DNA of 64,000 bases from positions 78,926,001-78,990,000 of the forward strand of contig OZ024740.1 in the NCBI GenBank assembly GCA_964016885.1, read 5' to 3'. The stretch's first letter is position 1; every line of letters starts with the position of its first letter. Below the pieces are notes generated by a model. The model saw only the letters and a program-made list of their open reading frames with translations. It ran no database searches and was not told the DNA's origin. This document shows, piece by piece, positions 10,923 through 24,600 of this stretch. A program made the position numbers and the translations under genes. The stretch comes from Eledone cirrhosa. Its lineage: Eukaryota.

Positions 10923-13900
10923 GTGATCTCATTAAGCAGCTTCTACTATTTATATATGTGTATGTGTGTGTATTCATATATAAGTATCTCTGTGCATGCT
11001 TGTATATGTATTTGTGTATGTATTTATGTATGAGAGAGCATGGGTTAAGCTGTTCTATCGGTAACTCCCTAGCGTTATCTCTTTACTGAAAACCATTATT
11101 TTTCCTCAATCTATTTTGCATAGTAAAATGATAGGATGACTAATTTAAATTTTCTAAGCTATGACCTCAAACAAATTGCACTTGAACAACTGTCAGAATC
11201 AGATCAGAAGTTCTTGCCTTCAATGTTAATAAAAGTAGTTGGTGCAATATTTCAAAATTTTACAATTTTGACCTTTTTTTCTCTTTCTCCCTCTTGTAAT
11301 CTCTCAAATATTTAAACCATCTTGATTGCACAGATGCCCATATAACAACCCACTCACTCACTCATACTCATGCACTCATACATATATGAAAAGAAGGCTT
11401 TTTACTTTTAAAGACTATCTATAACATTGCCAATCTTTTAAACTTACATCTGTTTTGCATTAAAATATTGTCTTCAGGTAATTTGAAACTAACTATGTAT
11501 AATGTATGCTTTACATTATTTCCTTATTAGGAACACTAAGGGACAAAATGTTGAAACAAGCTATGCTTGGTCACCATTAAATTCCCTATAGTCACAGTTA
11601 AAGATGAAACTATTTGATTTAGCATGCAGAAACTTCTGTTTTTGTCAAAGTTGAAACTTTAAAGTTACAAATTTGCTGGGTTTTTTTTTATATATTTTAT
11701 TTAATGTAATTTCCTTCTTGTACTCCAAATCCCTGTAGTTGATACTATATTTTACCCATGTTTTTGTAAAACATAATTGACATAAAAATGTTTTCTCCTT
11801 CAAAGAGATTATTTCATTAGGTTTTTTTCTTCTTTTAAAAATAATAATTACTTTCACACTAATTTTCTGAATTCATCTACAGACCATCTTTTATCACGCT
11901 GCTAGAAACAGTTTAGTGTTTGATATTTATTTCCTTTAAAAATTGGTTTGATATTTCAAAAATATGAAGATAAAAGAAATAATCTACATTTATTGAATTA
12001 GTTCAAAGGCAAGTAAATTACTTTGCTGTGAGACAGAAAAGAAGTAAAATAATTTAGTCAAGATCCTTTGGCCCAGAGCGAGAAAATGTTTACTGATAGT
12101 GCTATAGCCTAAAGCCTTAGATTTCTTCTCTACTTCCTCATAGCAAAATAATCTATTATACTTTGTGAACTTTTTGAATGGTGACAACATAGGGTAGTGA
12201 GTACCATTTAGTTTTGCAAGATCCAAAGTAAATTCATTAGTAATAGTGTCATGATAAAATGTACCCAGTATACTCTGTATAGTGGATGTGATAGATCAGA
12301 GATAACGTAGGGTTGAGAGGACGCATTAGTTTTGCTGATTATATAATAACTTCTCTAGAGCTGATGCCACAGTAAAATTCACCTAGTACACTCTATAAAG
12401 TGGTTTGTATTAGGAAGAGCATCTAGCTATAGAAGCCCTGCCAAAAATGAAGTATATGGGTTAGATGTGGTTCTCTGACTCATAGTGTCTCAAACTAACA
12501 ACTTACTCAACCCAAGCCAGCATGGAAAGCAGATGTAAAATTATGATGATATTTGCCTACACATATTAACAATAGTTTTAACAAATTCTACTGTTTCATT
12601 ATAATTCTTTTCAAACTTTGGATTCCCATAATCTTCTTTACTTCTGATACATTGTGGCATACTCCAAATATTGGAGTAAAGCCATGTGGAGAAAGAAGGG
12701 TTGGAGAGTTTAATAAAGGTAGTGACTCCTTCTGGGACACACAATTCCAGGTAATTGAACATTGTCAGGGCTGATAGCTATGTTACTTTGAATTTACTGG
12801 ATATGTTGATTGGTATGTATATGTACATGGTGGTAAAATTGGTGATATTGGGGAATAACATTTTGAAAGTGCTTTGCTGAGTGTGTGCAGTATGGAGTTC
12901 AGTGTTAGGCTTTCTCTATGAGATTACTTCTTACAAATCCATTATTATTAAGGAATGGTGTGTAAGCAGATTACACTAAAAGAGTAGTAATTCTATACTT
13001 AAACAACCAAAAGGACATGCTGCAATATGGGTGGTGCAAGAACTTGCACTCTGTGCAATGAATGAATGCATCTTTTGCTTTTTGGATGGGTGTCTTTTAG
13101 GAGTTGCAGTTATGAGTAAAATTCACTCAGTTTGTAGCAGCAGGCCATGTTCTTAATCTGGGTTATGGGCTGTCGTTGTGTGAGAGATGTAAAGGGACAG
13201 GCCTAAAAGGATAATTTTGCTTACTTGCTCATGTGTCTCTAATTAGTCATGGAGTAAGACATATTTACTGCTAAGAATAGTTAATATCCCACCAGTTGAG
13301 GTGCCATAGGGTTCATGTGAAGTATGTAGATGTGTGGTAGATGTCCTACACTAGGTACTGGTCTGGTTTCTTCATATCCTCATTATTGAGGGTCAGGGTC
13401 CATGGACAATCTATATGTCCATGACCCTCATCAGGAAAAAAGTGACACTGGTGGGTCCTTAATTTTTGACCAACTATTACTCAGAAGTTGGCTACCTAGC
13501 CACATCTCATCTGCCTTCATCACAAGGATGAAGCTGTTGGCTACTTGAAGGTTGTCATCTAAGTGACTAAGAAGTCCCATCTACTCTGGTTTTAAAACCA
13601 GAGTGATCCTTCTCCTAAACATACTGCCAACCAAGGCTAAAGAGCTCTGTCTACCCATACTGAATGGTCATTGACTCTCCTGAGTTCCTTCACCCTTTGA
13701 TGGGTTTTGTTATTTATCATTCAGGGTGTCCAAAAAATCACCATCCTTACCAAGCAAGCTTGATGGGGTTGATGGTTTAGTCACCGATGACCTGGCCATT
13801 TGACAGGCTGTTCTGAGTTACATGTTACCAGTAATGCTCGAGAGTGACTTCATCATTCACTAGGCACAGTAATGCATAACTGAATATATTTTTTTACTGT

Positions 13901-14329
13901 TTATTCAGTGAGGGAAAGGCAGTGCCCGTAATGCTATTCAGAACCTTTGAGACTGGTGGGAGGGAGAAAAGTATCTACAAAACTGACCTGATCTAAATGC
14001 TTTCAATAAAGTAAACTCCATTAAAAATGCCCAAGGACCAAGTAATGGGGATAAACTAGGTGACAGTTTAAGTTCAGTTCTAGGATCTCTGCTCCAGTTC
14101 TTTCCATTTTAATACAGCAAGGCATTTCAACTAACACTTAAAAAATTACACCAATCCATCACCTTATACTTTATTTTATCAAGCTGAAAAAGATAAAAAC
14201 CAAAGTTGACCTCAGTGGGATTTGAACTAAAGGGAATTTCTTAACCATTCAGTCATGCTGCACTGATACTTAAAAAGAAAGAAATCTATAAAGAATAAAA
14301 AATAAAGCCTGTATGCTATTGTTAGGATC

Positions 14330-14440
14330 AAGTTCCCGACGAGGTTGACTTTGCCTTTCATCCTTACGGGGTCGATAAAATAAACTACCAGTAATGCACT
14401 GGATAATTGCTGGCCTTGTGCCTAAAGTAGAAACAATTAT
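14330..14440 (+). mobile_element. tRNA-derived SINE with Meta-domain-like core (representative copy)
   Basis: GAGGTTGACTTTGCCTTTCATCCTTACGGGGTCGATAAAAT core; other copies at about 16443-16592, 19685-19775, 21455-21648(-), 37153-37245(-), 50286-50500, 51183-51397(-), 52232-52438(-), 52449-52666(-). Confidence 0.7.
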
Positions 14441-15449
14441 TAGAGGAAAGAACACTGCAAGAGTTATTATTAGTTTTGTAAGATATGATCAATGAAATTT
14501 ACTATGTTTTAATCTCAATTTTATTAACATTAAAATGCCAGTGTAGCCTTGAAGCAGAATGTGGAGTTCTGCTATACAGTTCAATAAACACTTTTTTGCT
14601 AACCCCCTTTTTAGGATATAAGTTTAATCTAGTATTTTTAAATTTTATTTTTTATTTATCTATTTATTTATTTGAGATAAATAAATGAAACAGATGCTGA
14701 CTAATGGAGTACATTAATGTGGGTGGAAAAACAGAAATAATCTCATAGCTGCAACTGCTGAAATGTGCAGATTTTTGCCTGATAGTAGTGAAAGTATTAA
14801 GTAGTGGGATTTTAAAGAAAAATTTATTACGACAAAAATGGGATTCAAAATAATCAAAGTAAAAGTTATGAATGAAAGTCATATTTCTTTACTACATTTT
14901 CCCATCTCTGTTATACCAGATAGACAAAACTTAATATCACTATATTTGGGTGATTTCAGATTTTCTTGTGGTTGTATTCCTTTTTCACCACTATTACTGC
15001 TATTACCATGACCACTACAACTGCTAGTAAAGCTATCTTTGTTTCCATTAATATTTCTTTATATTAATCTAATTGCGCAGGTGAGACAAACTACTGCTTC
15101 TATATACATATGATTTCATTCACACTGATGTCCTACTCTCCATCCATAGAAAAGCTACTCAAATAATCAGCATAAAGTCACTCAGACACTCTCCTGCCTC
15201 TGGTCCACAGATGTGCTGTCTCCTTCTTCAGTCTCTTCTACTGCTTCTCAGATCTGGCTGGTGAGCTGCTTTCATTTCCCATCTAATCATGCTCACCCAC
15301 TCCCTTATCTCACCTCTTCTTATCACCCATGTTGTGTTCAACTCTCCAGGCCCTGCACTAACAACTTCCTCTTTCCTACTCAGAACGACAACTCTCTGGA
15401 ACTTCCTCCCTCACTGTTCATGTCTTGCCAAAAGGTGTGCATCTGCAAC

Positions 15450-15725
15450 AGTTAACAGCATCAATTTTTCCAGTCTCGGAGGGCCTGTGAAGGCCATGGG
15501 TATTACTCCTTCCTGCAGACCTCCTCATCCACCTGCTTCTTTGCCCACTTATACCTCAGAGGGTTTTAAGGACAGAGTCCTCAAGCATTCCTTCCAGTGA
15601 ATCCTGTCAGATGCAACTGTCTTCAGTTGGTCCAGCTGGATCCCCAAGCAAGACCAGATGAGTGCATGGATGTTATCCAACCATCTTTCTCAGGGTCTAC
15701 CCATAGGTCCCCTCTTTGCAGACCT
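15450..15725 (-). mobile_element. RTE 3' remnant, same family as 1985-2400
   Basis: Shares CTGGATCCCCAAG...CATGGATGTTATCCAA with 2040-2100. Confidence 0.65.
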
Positions 15726-16963
15726 ACCAAATAAAAAACAGAATTTTAAAAAGTTCAACAACTTAAAATATAAGCCTCTTTCTTAAGTGATATACACTGA
15801 TTAGACTAATTTCACTAGTTCTAAATCAAGAGATCAAAAGAGGAGATAAAATTAAGAACATTGGAGGATGTATATCTTTACAAATAGAATATTGCTTTAA
15901 ATGGAATTTTTTATTTTATTTTATGGTATTATTTATAATCTCTAAGTCAAAAATTTATTTTTTTATTTTTTTTGCCAAATATATCTCACCTGTTTGCAAA
16001 TCAACACTAATAACTATCAAAATGAAGATATCATCTCAAATCTCAAACAGTTGGTCTTAGCATAATTAAAGTGTTCCCATTAAGTTTTAACTTCACATCA
16101 GCTAGAACCAAGCTTAACTTTTATTACAGATTTAATTCCACCTTTCCATGGCACAAAGTAAATTTTTCTTTGTAAGATATAGGTTTTTTTAAATTATTAT
16201 TATTATCATCATCATGTCAAGAAATAAAATACCACTCCAGTATTGGGGTCATTTATTCCTCTGTCTTTCTTAATAGCATTTTCTTTCTTTCTCTGTGAGA
16301 GATCGGATGTTTTCGGACCTGGAGAATGATGGGTTCTGCCAGGTTTTACACTGTGTCAAGATGATGCCTCTAGAGCTCCACTAAGAGTTAAGGGTCCTCT
16401 ACCTTTATTTGTTGTTGTTCTTGTTCCTCTTCTTCTTCTTAAGAGCAGTGGATTGGCAGTATCAGTAGAGTGCTGGACACCCTGTTTTGCAGCATAGAGT
16501 TACGGCCCTTTACATTCTGAGTTCAAATCTCACTGAGGTTAACTTTGCCTTTCATCCTTACAGGGTCGATAAAGTACCAGTGATGCACTGGGCATTTAAT
16601 CTAATGCTCTAACAACTTTGCCAATTTGCCAGCTTTAGTGTCTGTTTTTAAACTAGGAAGTTGGGTTGATACTTATTTCTAGGTGAAGTAATGTGCCTTA
16701 TCTAGACACAGAACAATGCTCACTGCAGGGCTAGAGCTCATACACTGTAAGACAATTGTGTGGTACCCTAACTACTTAGACATTGTGTCTGTAAATTTTA
16801 TATGTAAGTTTTTTGGGGGTTTTTTTTCTTATTTCTGAAGACCTATTAATCCCCCATTTTTATGCTGGGAATGTTTTGTCTATTTGAAATAGGGAAACTA
16901 GAATAGAGGTCGTATTGTAAATGACAGATGTAAAAAATACAATACTTTAGACCCCTGTCTCTT

Positions 16964-17004
<41 letters not shown>

Positions 17005-19291
17005 CCCTCTTTCCGCCCACTTCCCTTTCTCCATATATATATATATGTTCTATAATAGCTTTGCTTTACTGGCTACTGTTTAGTTGGCACTAACTAAACT
17101 TTGGAACTTTCAGTCTAATCTTGACATGTGAAAATGAAAACATATCATTTTAATGCTTAAGAAGACATTTGTTCGTATTTAGTTTACTCTTTTCTGATTG
17201 ACATCATAGTATCACCAATGCTGCTGCTGGCTCTAGTTTAAATGATATGATATTTAGTTGTTATTAACATCCTGCCAACTTCGGCTAAGATATAATATTT
17301 GTTACTAAGAATCTGAGCTTTTACTAAGAAAGAGTAATGCCAGTTTCGTGTGGATCAGTAATTTTGTAAAACTCAGGCCATATCATAATACATAATGCTA
17401 TAATGCTGAACAAATGCCAGCTTTTTTTTTTTTGTCTTTGTTGTTAGTTTTTTCCATCAAAGCAGATCTGAAAGAATAAAATATATAAATATATATATAT
17501 ATATATATATCTGGACAGGGAAGCTACAGTTCATTTAGAAACTTCTCTATCTCATGCAGTCATGTCAACAGGACTGGCGTGAAGCAGTGATGATAATCAG
17601 GCTGGAACATATGGTATATGGTAACAGAATCTGTCTATATGGGGTTGTATGTGTGTGTGTGAGGGAGTGCGTTTAATTTATTGTGCCAGTGGCATTGGTG
17701 GGGATGGTGCAATGTAACAGAATATCCTCCTTTTTGTTTTTACTGATGTGTACAGATTTAAATAATAAATACAAGAAACATAAACAGTGTCTAAATAGTG
17801 TCTTTCTATTCTGATTCTTTCACCCAAGGAATCATGAAAGTAATTTAAAAATATAAAGGTTAAATCATATGGATTTTACTTATTTATTTACAATTTGCAT
17901 ACATTAAATTTGTATATACATAATAAATCCCACCGGACAAGACTAGTTTACAGTAGTGTGCAGATACACCCACATACCTACACACCCACATAACCTATAC
18001 ACCATATGCACCTCCTACACACCTATATACACCCACATGCACCTCCTACACACCATTTTCTATTAGATTTTCGGAGCTACACTATTTACATTAAAATAAT
18101 TTTTCAATCTGTTATATATTACTATACTGCATATGTTGAAATTATATTTTCTCTTTCCATGCAAATACATGCCAAAATTATATTTTCTTTCTTTTTTGTT
18201 TCTTTTCTTTGTTTATTTGTTTATTTTGGTTGGTTCTACTCCATAAGTTAACTGGCAATGTGTTTATCTCTCAAAGTCCTCAAATCTAGAGATTATTGAT
18301 AAGTGTTGTAAAACTGGGACTTTCAAACTGTTCACATAGTTTGCATTGCCAGATTTTGTTTGTTTTGTGCTGTACATTAATTTTTTCATTACCATCTTTT
18401 TAATGAAAGGCACTGCCTATGATTTTCAAATCATTTCGAAAATAATTAAAAAAATTGAAGGGATTTAGAAAAAATAACTAACTTTCCCATTATTAAGTTA
18501 GTGTTTGGAACATAACTTAAAGGTTTTTACATAAAATTATGATGGAAGGTTTTTAGATAAATATAAACACTTTAAGATAAACAGCTTAGTTTCAAAGAAC
18601 CAATAGGAATTTCAAGCAGTTTGGTATCAAAAGGGTTAAGTACTTTTATTTCACAGATATGGCTTTGAAACTACTTTTGTTGTTGTTGGGATTATGGTTT
18701 TTCTGACTTTTTAATTGATTTTCCATTGAATCTTAACTAATGTGAGTTCATTTTCATTTTCATTTCATTTTACATCCGCTTTTTCCCTGCTTGCAAGGGT
18801 GGGACGGGAACTGATTCTGGCTTGATTTCTACAGCTGGATGCCCTTCCTAACACCAACCTCATTTACAGTGAGTGCTGGGTGCTTTTTTGCCGTGGCACC
18901 TCCACGACCACTTTGCAGTGGAATGATATGGACCCCTGTCCCTATCATCTCATTTCTACAGCTGAGTAAACTGGAGCAATGTGAAATAAAGTGTCTTGCT
19001 CAAGGAAACAATACATCACCCGGTCTGCGAATTGAACTCACAACCTTTCGATTGCAAGGCCAATGCTCTAACCACTAAGCCATGTGCTTGCATATATTAA
19101 TTTTCTTTTATGGCTTCCCCAAGATGTGTGGGGTTGTACCAATGACCTTTGGTGAGATCAGTGTTGTTTATACTCAGCTTGAATATTTCTAAGTTGATAC
19201 TGTATAGAATATCTTTATAGTACTGTTTAACATTTGACTACTAAATTTAAAGATTGATACTTTCAATTGATCAGAATGGAAATTTATAACT

Positions 19292-19625
19292 ACAGCAGCA
19301 CCACCACCACCAACATCATCACCACCACCACCAACATCATCACCATCACCACCACCAACATCATCAACATCACCACCACCAACATCATCACCATCACCAC
19401 CACCACCAACATCATCACCATCACCACCAACATCATCACCATCACCACCAACATCATCACCATCACCACCAACATCATCACCATCACCACCAACATCATC
19501 ACCATCACCACCACCATCATTAGCACTACCACCATCATTAGCATTACCATCATCATCATCACTACCACCATCATCATCATCATTACTATCACCATCATCA
19601 TCATTGCTATCACCTCTACCGTAGC
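19292..19625. repeat. Compound (ACC/AAC/ATC)n trinucleotide microsatellite
   Basis: Directly visible; explains the T/I-rich and M/V-rich ORFs. Confidence 0.95.
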
Positions 19626-21659
19626 AACCACTATCAACAGTACCAGAATTATCAACATCACCAGCATTATTATTTCTAACACGTCCCTTTACGATCTGAG
19701 TTCAAATCCCGCCGAGGTTGACTTTGCTTTTCATCGTTACGGGGTCGATAAAATAAAGTACCAGTAATGCACTGGATAATTATTATTTCTAACACTTCCA
19801 CTAATACCACCATCACCACTGTCCTTCATCAACATCAAAGTAATAGGTAATACTTAATCTAGTGCTAGCTTAAGACAACCACTTGACCTATTCTTTGGCA
19901 GAATCTACTCAGTAGCAAGCATTTTGGTCAAGTTAACATCCTTTCTTCTTCCCACTTGTTTCAAAGGCCCTGAAAAAGATCGTAAGTGCAGCCCTTTCTC
20001 CAATGACTCAATTGTGTTTGTTATTTTTAATACACCCAGTACACTCTGTAAAATAATGGAATTAGGCAGGGCATCTAGCTGTAGAAACCATGTCAAAATA
20101 TGGAAGTGGTCCCCTGATCTGTCTATTCTTGGATCATGACAACCCATCCAACTCATCCCAGCATGGAACATGGATGTGAAATGATGAGAATGTAAATGGT
20201 TATTTTTTTAAGACAGAAGACCAGTAGATTGGGGAGAGGAGAAAGTTGATTGAAATGACCTCCAATAGTTCACTCGTAGTTTATTTAACTGACACTGGAT
20301 GGGTGAAAGGCATATTTAACCTTGCTAGGATTTGAACTCAGAACATAAAGGGTCATAACTAAATGCCACAAAACATTTTGTCTGTTGCTGTAATAGGTCA
20401 GCCAGTTTACAATAAAAATGATAGAGCAGTTACTGCAGAAGAGAGAAACTATTTGGGATCCTATCAGATGGACTATATCTGTAATTTAAAAGGCCAGCTT
20501 AATTACACAATGTGTCATGCTGAATCTCCCAGATAATTCTGTTAAGGATACATTTTTCTGTAAAATACTCAACCACTTATAAGTTAATTTAATGGGTCAG
20601 TTGATTCATTGATTGACCAATTGGAAGATCCTCACCAAAATTGATGAAGGAACATTTACTTTTACTCCAAAAGGCATGTAGTTCCAATTTAATATCAAGA
20701 CATATTGAAGTTGAATGGGAATAATAATCTCAAATATCTTCTTTTTTTACCACAAAAAATATATGTATTTATTTGATATGAGACATTATAACCCTAATTT
20801 AAGACAGAAAATAAAAAATAAGCCCTTTGACCAGACCCACTTCTGGATAACCTTCAAATTATATATGAAATTAATGTGTGGTTTTAGTTTCTACTAGTTT
20901 CTACTAGTAAAACATGTATAACTTAATTTAAGAAAGACAGAGTTGGAGAAAGAGAAACTGGGAAGAAACATGACAGTCAATCTGTAGTATAATCAGTAAT
21001 GTGGTTGCTTGGAATATAATAGAAACTAGGTTTGAGCCCCACATTTCTGGCTTCGATTAGTGTGTATGATGTTTTATAGCAGCATGACCAAATGTTCAAG
21101 GAGTTCACTTCACAATCATTAAGTCCTGGGGTTAATCCCACTATGTGGCATCTTGGCAAGTGTCATTTACCATAACCTCATGTTGAACTATGAGTGAAAT
21201 TGGGTAGATAGAAACTGTTTAGAAGCCAGTCAGATGGACTGTACCCATAATTCAAAAGGCCAGGTATGTCTGGTGCTGTGTCTGCTGAATCTTCCTGAGT
21301 GTTACATTAAAGATATACATATCTGTAGAATATTCAGACACTTAAAACACTTAGATATTAATTTTATGAGCAGGCTGTTCTGTTGATCGGAGAAGTGGAA
21401 CACTAATTGTCGAAAGCAATTAATCACCAAATTGATAATAATAATAATAATAATTGTTTCTACATTAGGCACAAGGCCAGGAATTTAGTGGGAGGGGAAA
21501 AGTCTAGTAAATTGACCCCAGTACATTACTGGTGCTTTATTTTATCGATCCAATAAGGATGAAAAGCAAAGTTAACTTCAGTGGGATTTGAACTCAGAAT
21601 GCTCTATGCTGCAAAGCATGGTGTCTGATGCTCTACTGATACTGCCAATAATAATAATA

Positions 21660-21975
21660 ACAACTATACTCTGGGATATACCAACACACACAGACAGGAA
21701 GATCAAAGCCAACCAACCAGATATTATAGTTAAAGACCACAAAGAAAACAAATGTCTTTTAATTGCTGTATCAATTAAAAGATGACAATATATCTACCAA
21801 GAAAATGGAGAAATTATCCAAAGATCTGGAAATAGAAATAATACCTATAATAATAGGTGCATTAGGGATAATAAAAACACACAGACAGTTACACAACTCA
21901 AACCCTAAAACTCAGAAATATATTCAGTGCAAAGAAAATAGTACTACTAGACACTGCACACATATTACAAGGAAT
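21660..21975 (+). mobile_element. R4/Dong-like non-LTR retrotransposon 3' remnant (restriction-like endonuclease)
   Basis: TILWDIPTHTDRKIKANQPDIIVKD...EKLSKDLEIEI.IPIIIGALG: PD..D RLE motif; begins at a (TAA)n tract. Confidence 0.75.
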
Positions 21976-21977
21976 AC

Positions 21978-22334
21978 ACTGCCACTCACAGCTTAGATAC
22001 ACTGCCTAGACTGGGGTAGAGTCTGCCACTCACAGCTAAGATATACCACCTAAACTGGGGTGTAGAGTCTCCCACTCACCACTGAGATATACCACCTAAA
22101 CTGGAGTGTAGAGTCTGCCACGCACAGCTTAGATATACCACCTAGACAGGGGTATAGAGTCTCCCACTCACCACTGAGATATACTGCCTAGACCGGGGTG
22201 TAGAGTCTGCTACTTACAGCTACGATACACCCCATAGACTGGGGTGTAGAGTTTGCCACACACAGCTAAGATACACCACCTAGGCTGGGGTGTAGAGTCT
22301 GCCACACACAGCTAAGATATACTACCTAGGCTGG
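21978..22334. repeat. Minisatellite, about 45-46-bp unit, about 8 copies
   Basis: Unit GAGTCTGCCACTCACAGCTAAGATATACCACCTAAACTGGGGTGTA with variants. Confidence 0.9.
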
Positions 22335-22453
22335 TCAACTGCACTCATTATTTAGTTTAAAAAGAAAAATTATTTCAAGCATTATATAATATGATTGAAA
22401 TTTGTTGAATAAAATACCATTGATTCAATTTATTTATAATTATATGTTTTCAG

Positions 22454-22586
22454 AATAAAGTAAATGAATTTTTACTGCTTGTGCAAGGGACTTTGGAAAG
22501 TTTTCTTGCTGCATATAAAGAAGACTGGCCCCAAGAGAAAACTGATGAAGAACATTTCATTTTAGCAATGTGTGGTATCATAACTA
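22454..22586 (+). CDS. HSF2BP: Internal coding exon of heat shock factor 2-binding protein (MEILB2) orthologue
   Basis: ttttcag| 133 nt |gtgagt; NKVNEFLLLVQGTLESFLAAYKEDWPQEKTDEEHFILAMCGIIT(N) resembles vertebrate HSF2BP GQTMESFV...DESQFVFALAGIVTN as recalled; ends in phase 1. Confidence 0.88.
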
Positions 22587-23259
22587 GTGAGTATAAAAAA
22601 ATATGTATTATTTGTGTTCATACCTGATAACCTCTTTAGTGCTGGTTGCATGATAAATACACTCAGTACATCGTTTAAAGTAGTAGTATTGGTACCATGA
22701 TAAAATGCACTCACTACATTCTTTAAAGTAATAGTGTTGGTATCATGATAAAATGCACCCGATACACTCTGTAAAATGGTTGACAATTGAGCAGAGACAG
22801 TACAGGGAAAAGAGAACTCGTTAGTCTTACTAAGTACAGGACAGCCTCTCTAATACATTGTCATAAGGAAATGCACCCGGTACCCCCTGTAAAGTGGTAG
22901 GAATGGCATCCAGCCATAGAAACTAAGTCAAATATGGAAGATATGGGCATTACATGGTTCTCCAACCAGATTAGTCTTGGACCAGGATGACCCATCAAAC
23001 CTATGCCACACTGGAAAACATGAAAAATGATGATGGTGATAATAAAGAGTTGCGAATATAGAAAATTCAACCTTTTTTTCCTTTTGTATTCCGATGTAGA
23101 GTTTAATTTACTAAAAAGAATATTAGTCTGATTTTTTCATAACAAGAATAGGTTTTTTTTTCATCGCAAGAATTTTTTCTTCTCACTCCACATAATGATG
23201 TAATTATCCTTGCATACATTTCGCTCATCTCAAGAGAACATCTTCACGTACTACTGTTA

Positions 23260-23410
23260 TGTCTTCCTGTTTTCTAAAGGCAATATTTGTTTGTAACTTT
23301 TTTGAAATATTCACTTCTGCATCTACAGATTAATTTTTCTCACTTTCAGAAGATTCCGCTAAGAGTGAAAGCAGTAATTTATTGCTTAAATGTTTAATCT
23401 GTACTAATAA
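23260..23410 (+). repeat. Diverged copy of the 23765-23912 repeat with a hammerhead-like CAGAAGA motif
   Basis: GTCTTCCTGT...TTTTTTGAAATAT...TTTCAGAAGA...GTGAAAGCAG...TTGCTTAAA aligns with the downstream copy. Confidence 0.6.
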
Positions 23411-23675
23411 TGTATATATTTATATATAACAAAATTTGTTTTTGCTCTTAATGTGGTGAATACTTAAATGTATTCGTGTGTGGCAGACAGGAGAATACAC
23501 AATCTTGATAAGGTGCAAAACACTCCGAAACAATATTGTTGATTGTTTTCTCTCAGCAACCATTGGAACAAAAGGATGAAGTTGTTCATCTACCACGTGG
23601 TGTATTATGAGGCAGTTTACTTGTAAACAAACTGAATATTAATAATATGATATTATTATATTTTTATTCACTCAC

Positions 23676-23709
<34 letters not shown>

Positions 23710-23717
<8 letters not shown>

Positions 23718-23990
23718 TAAAATAACAGATTAAAGTTTAAGCAAAGAATCGCTGCTTTCACCCTATCGTCTTCCTGTCTTCCTCCAGTTGCAACGTTTTT
23801 TGAAATATCCAGTTCTGCGTTTACAGATTGACTTTGTTAGTTTCAGAAGATCCCGTTAAGGGTGAAAGCAGCGATTCTTTGCTTAAACTTTAATCTGTTA
23901 TTTTAATAAATATTTGCTCTACGGTTCTTATATATTTGATATATATTTATCCTTATCGAGCCCTCTTTGGATTTTAGTCTTCAAATTTAT
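23710..23990 (+). mobile_element. Short insertion with perfect 55-bp inverted duplication and hammerhead-like motif, between (TA)n tracts
   Basis: 23710-23764 is the reverse complement of 23859-23913; AGTTT-CAGAAGA-T-CCC-GTTAA-GGG-T-GAAAGCAG...TTGCTT-AAACT at 23839-23889. Confidence 0.7.
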
Positions 23991-23999
23991 TATTATTAT

Positions 24000-24051
<52 letters not shown>

Positions 24052-24198
24052 TATTTTCCGTTGTGTTGTAATATAAATATTACACACAGTAGATTATCAG
24101 CTCACGTAGAGTTTGCTCGACGGTTCCAGTTGTAGTTCCAAAAGTAATCCGGAGAAAAATAGAAAGATTTGAATGGATACAGTTTAGTTGAAAGGAAT

Positions 24199-24315
24199 TT
24201 ATTGACACGTGTTTCTATAACAGTTACATAACCTAAAACCGCTATCTACAAACTTTTAGTTATGCAGACATTCAATATTTCAATGTTATTATTTACTGTC
24301 ATTTCATCAGAATAA
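24199..24315 (-). ncRNA. Type I hammerhead ribozyme in the inverted pLTR
   Basis: Reverse complement of 27482-27598. Confidence 0.85.
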
Positions 24316-24600
24316 TATTACTGAGGACCTATTTAGTTTTTATAGAGAATATTAGGAGGGAGGGGTGAAGTTGTTAGAAGAATAGTTGAAGGAGTGGTTT
24401 TTCGATAGCAGTGAGAATTCTTGGTGGCAGTGAGTAATTAGATTCCCATCTGTTGTTTTGACATTTTTTATAGAATATATTATTGGTTATTTTTCTAAAT
24501 CTATAGAAGGATTAGAGATAGTAAAGATATGCGTGGTTGGTTTTGTGTTTGCACTTAACATTCAGACTTAAATTTTTCTTTCAAGTGTACGTATTCTTTC

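Noticed and set aside
13395-13440. CTGATGA plus long hairpin on the minus strand
   Set aside because: No GAAA box directly after the stem, so not a hammerhead.
19267-19767. 166-aa and 130-aa ORFs
   Set aside because: Translation of a trinucleotide microsatellite.
21978-22334. CRISPR-like regular repeats
   Set aside because: The whole unit repeats with no unique spacers, the context is eukaryotic and there are no cas genes.
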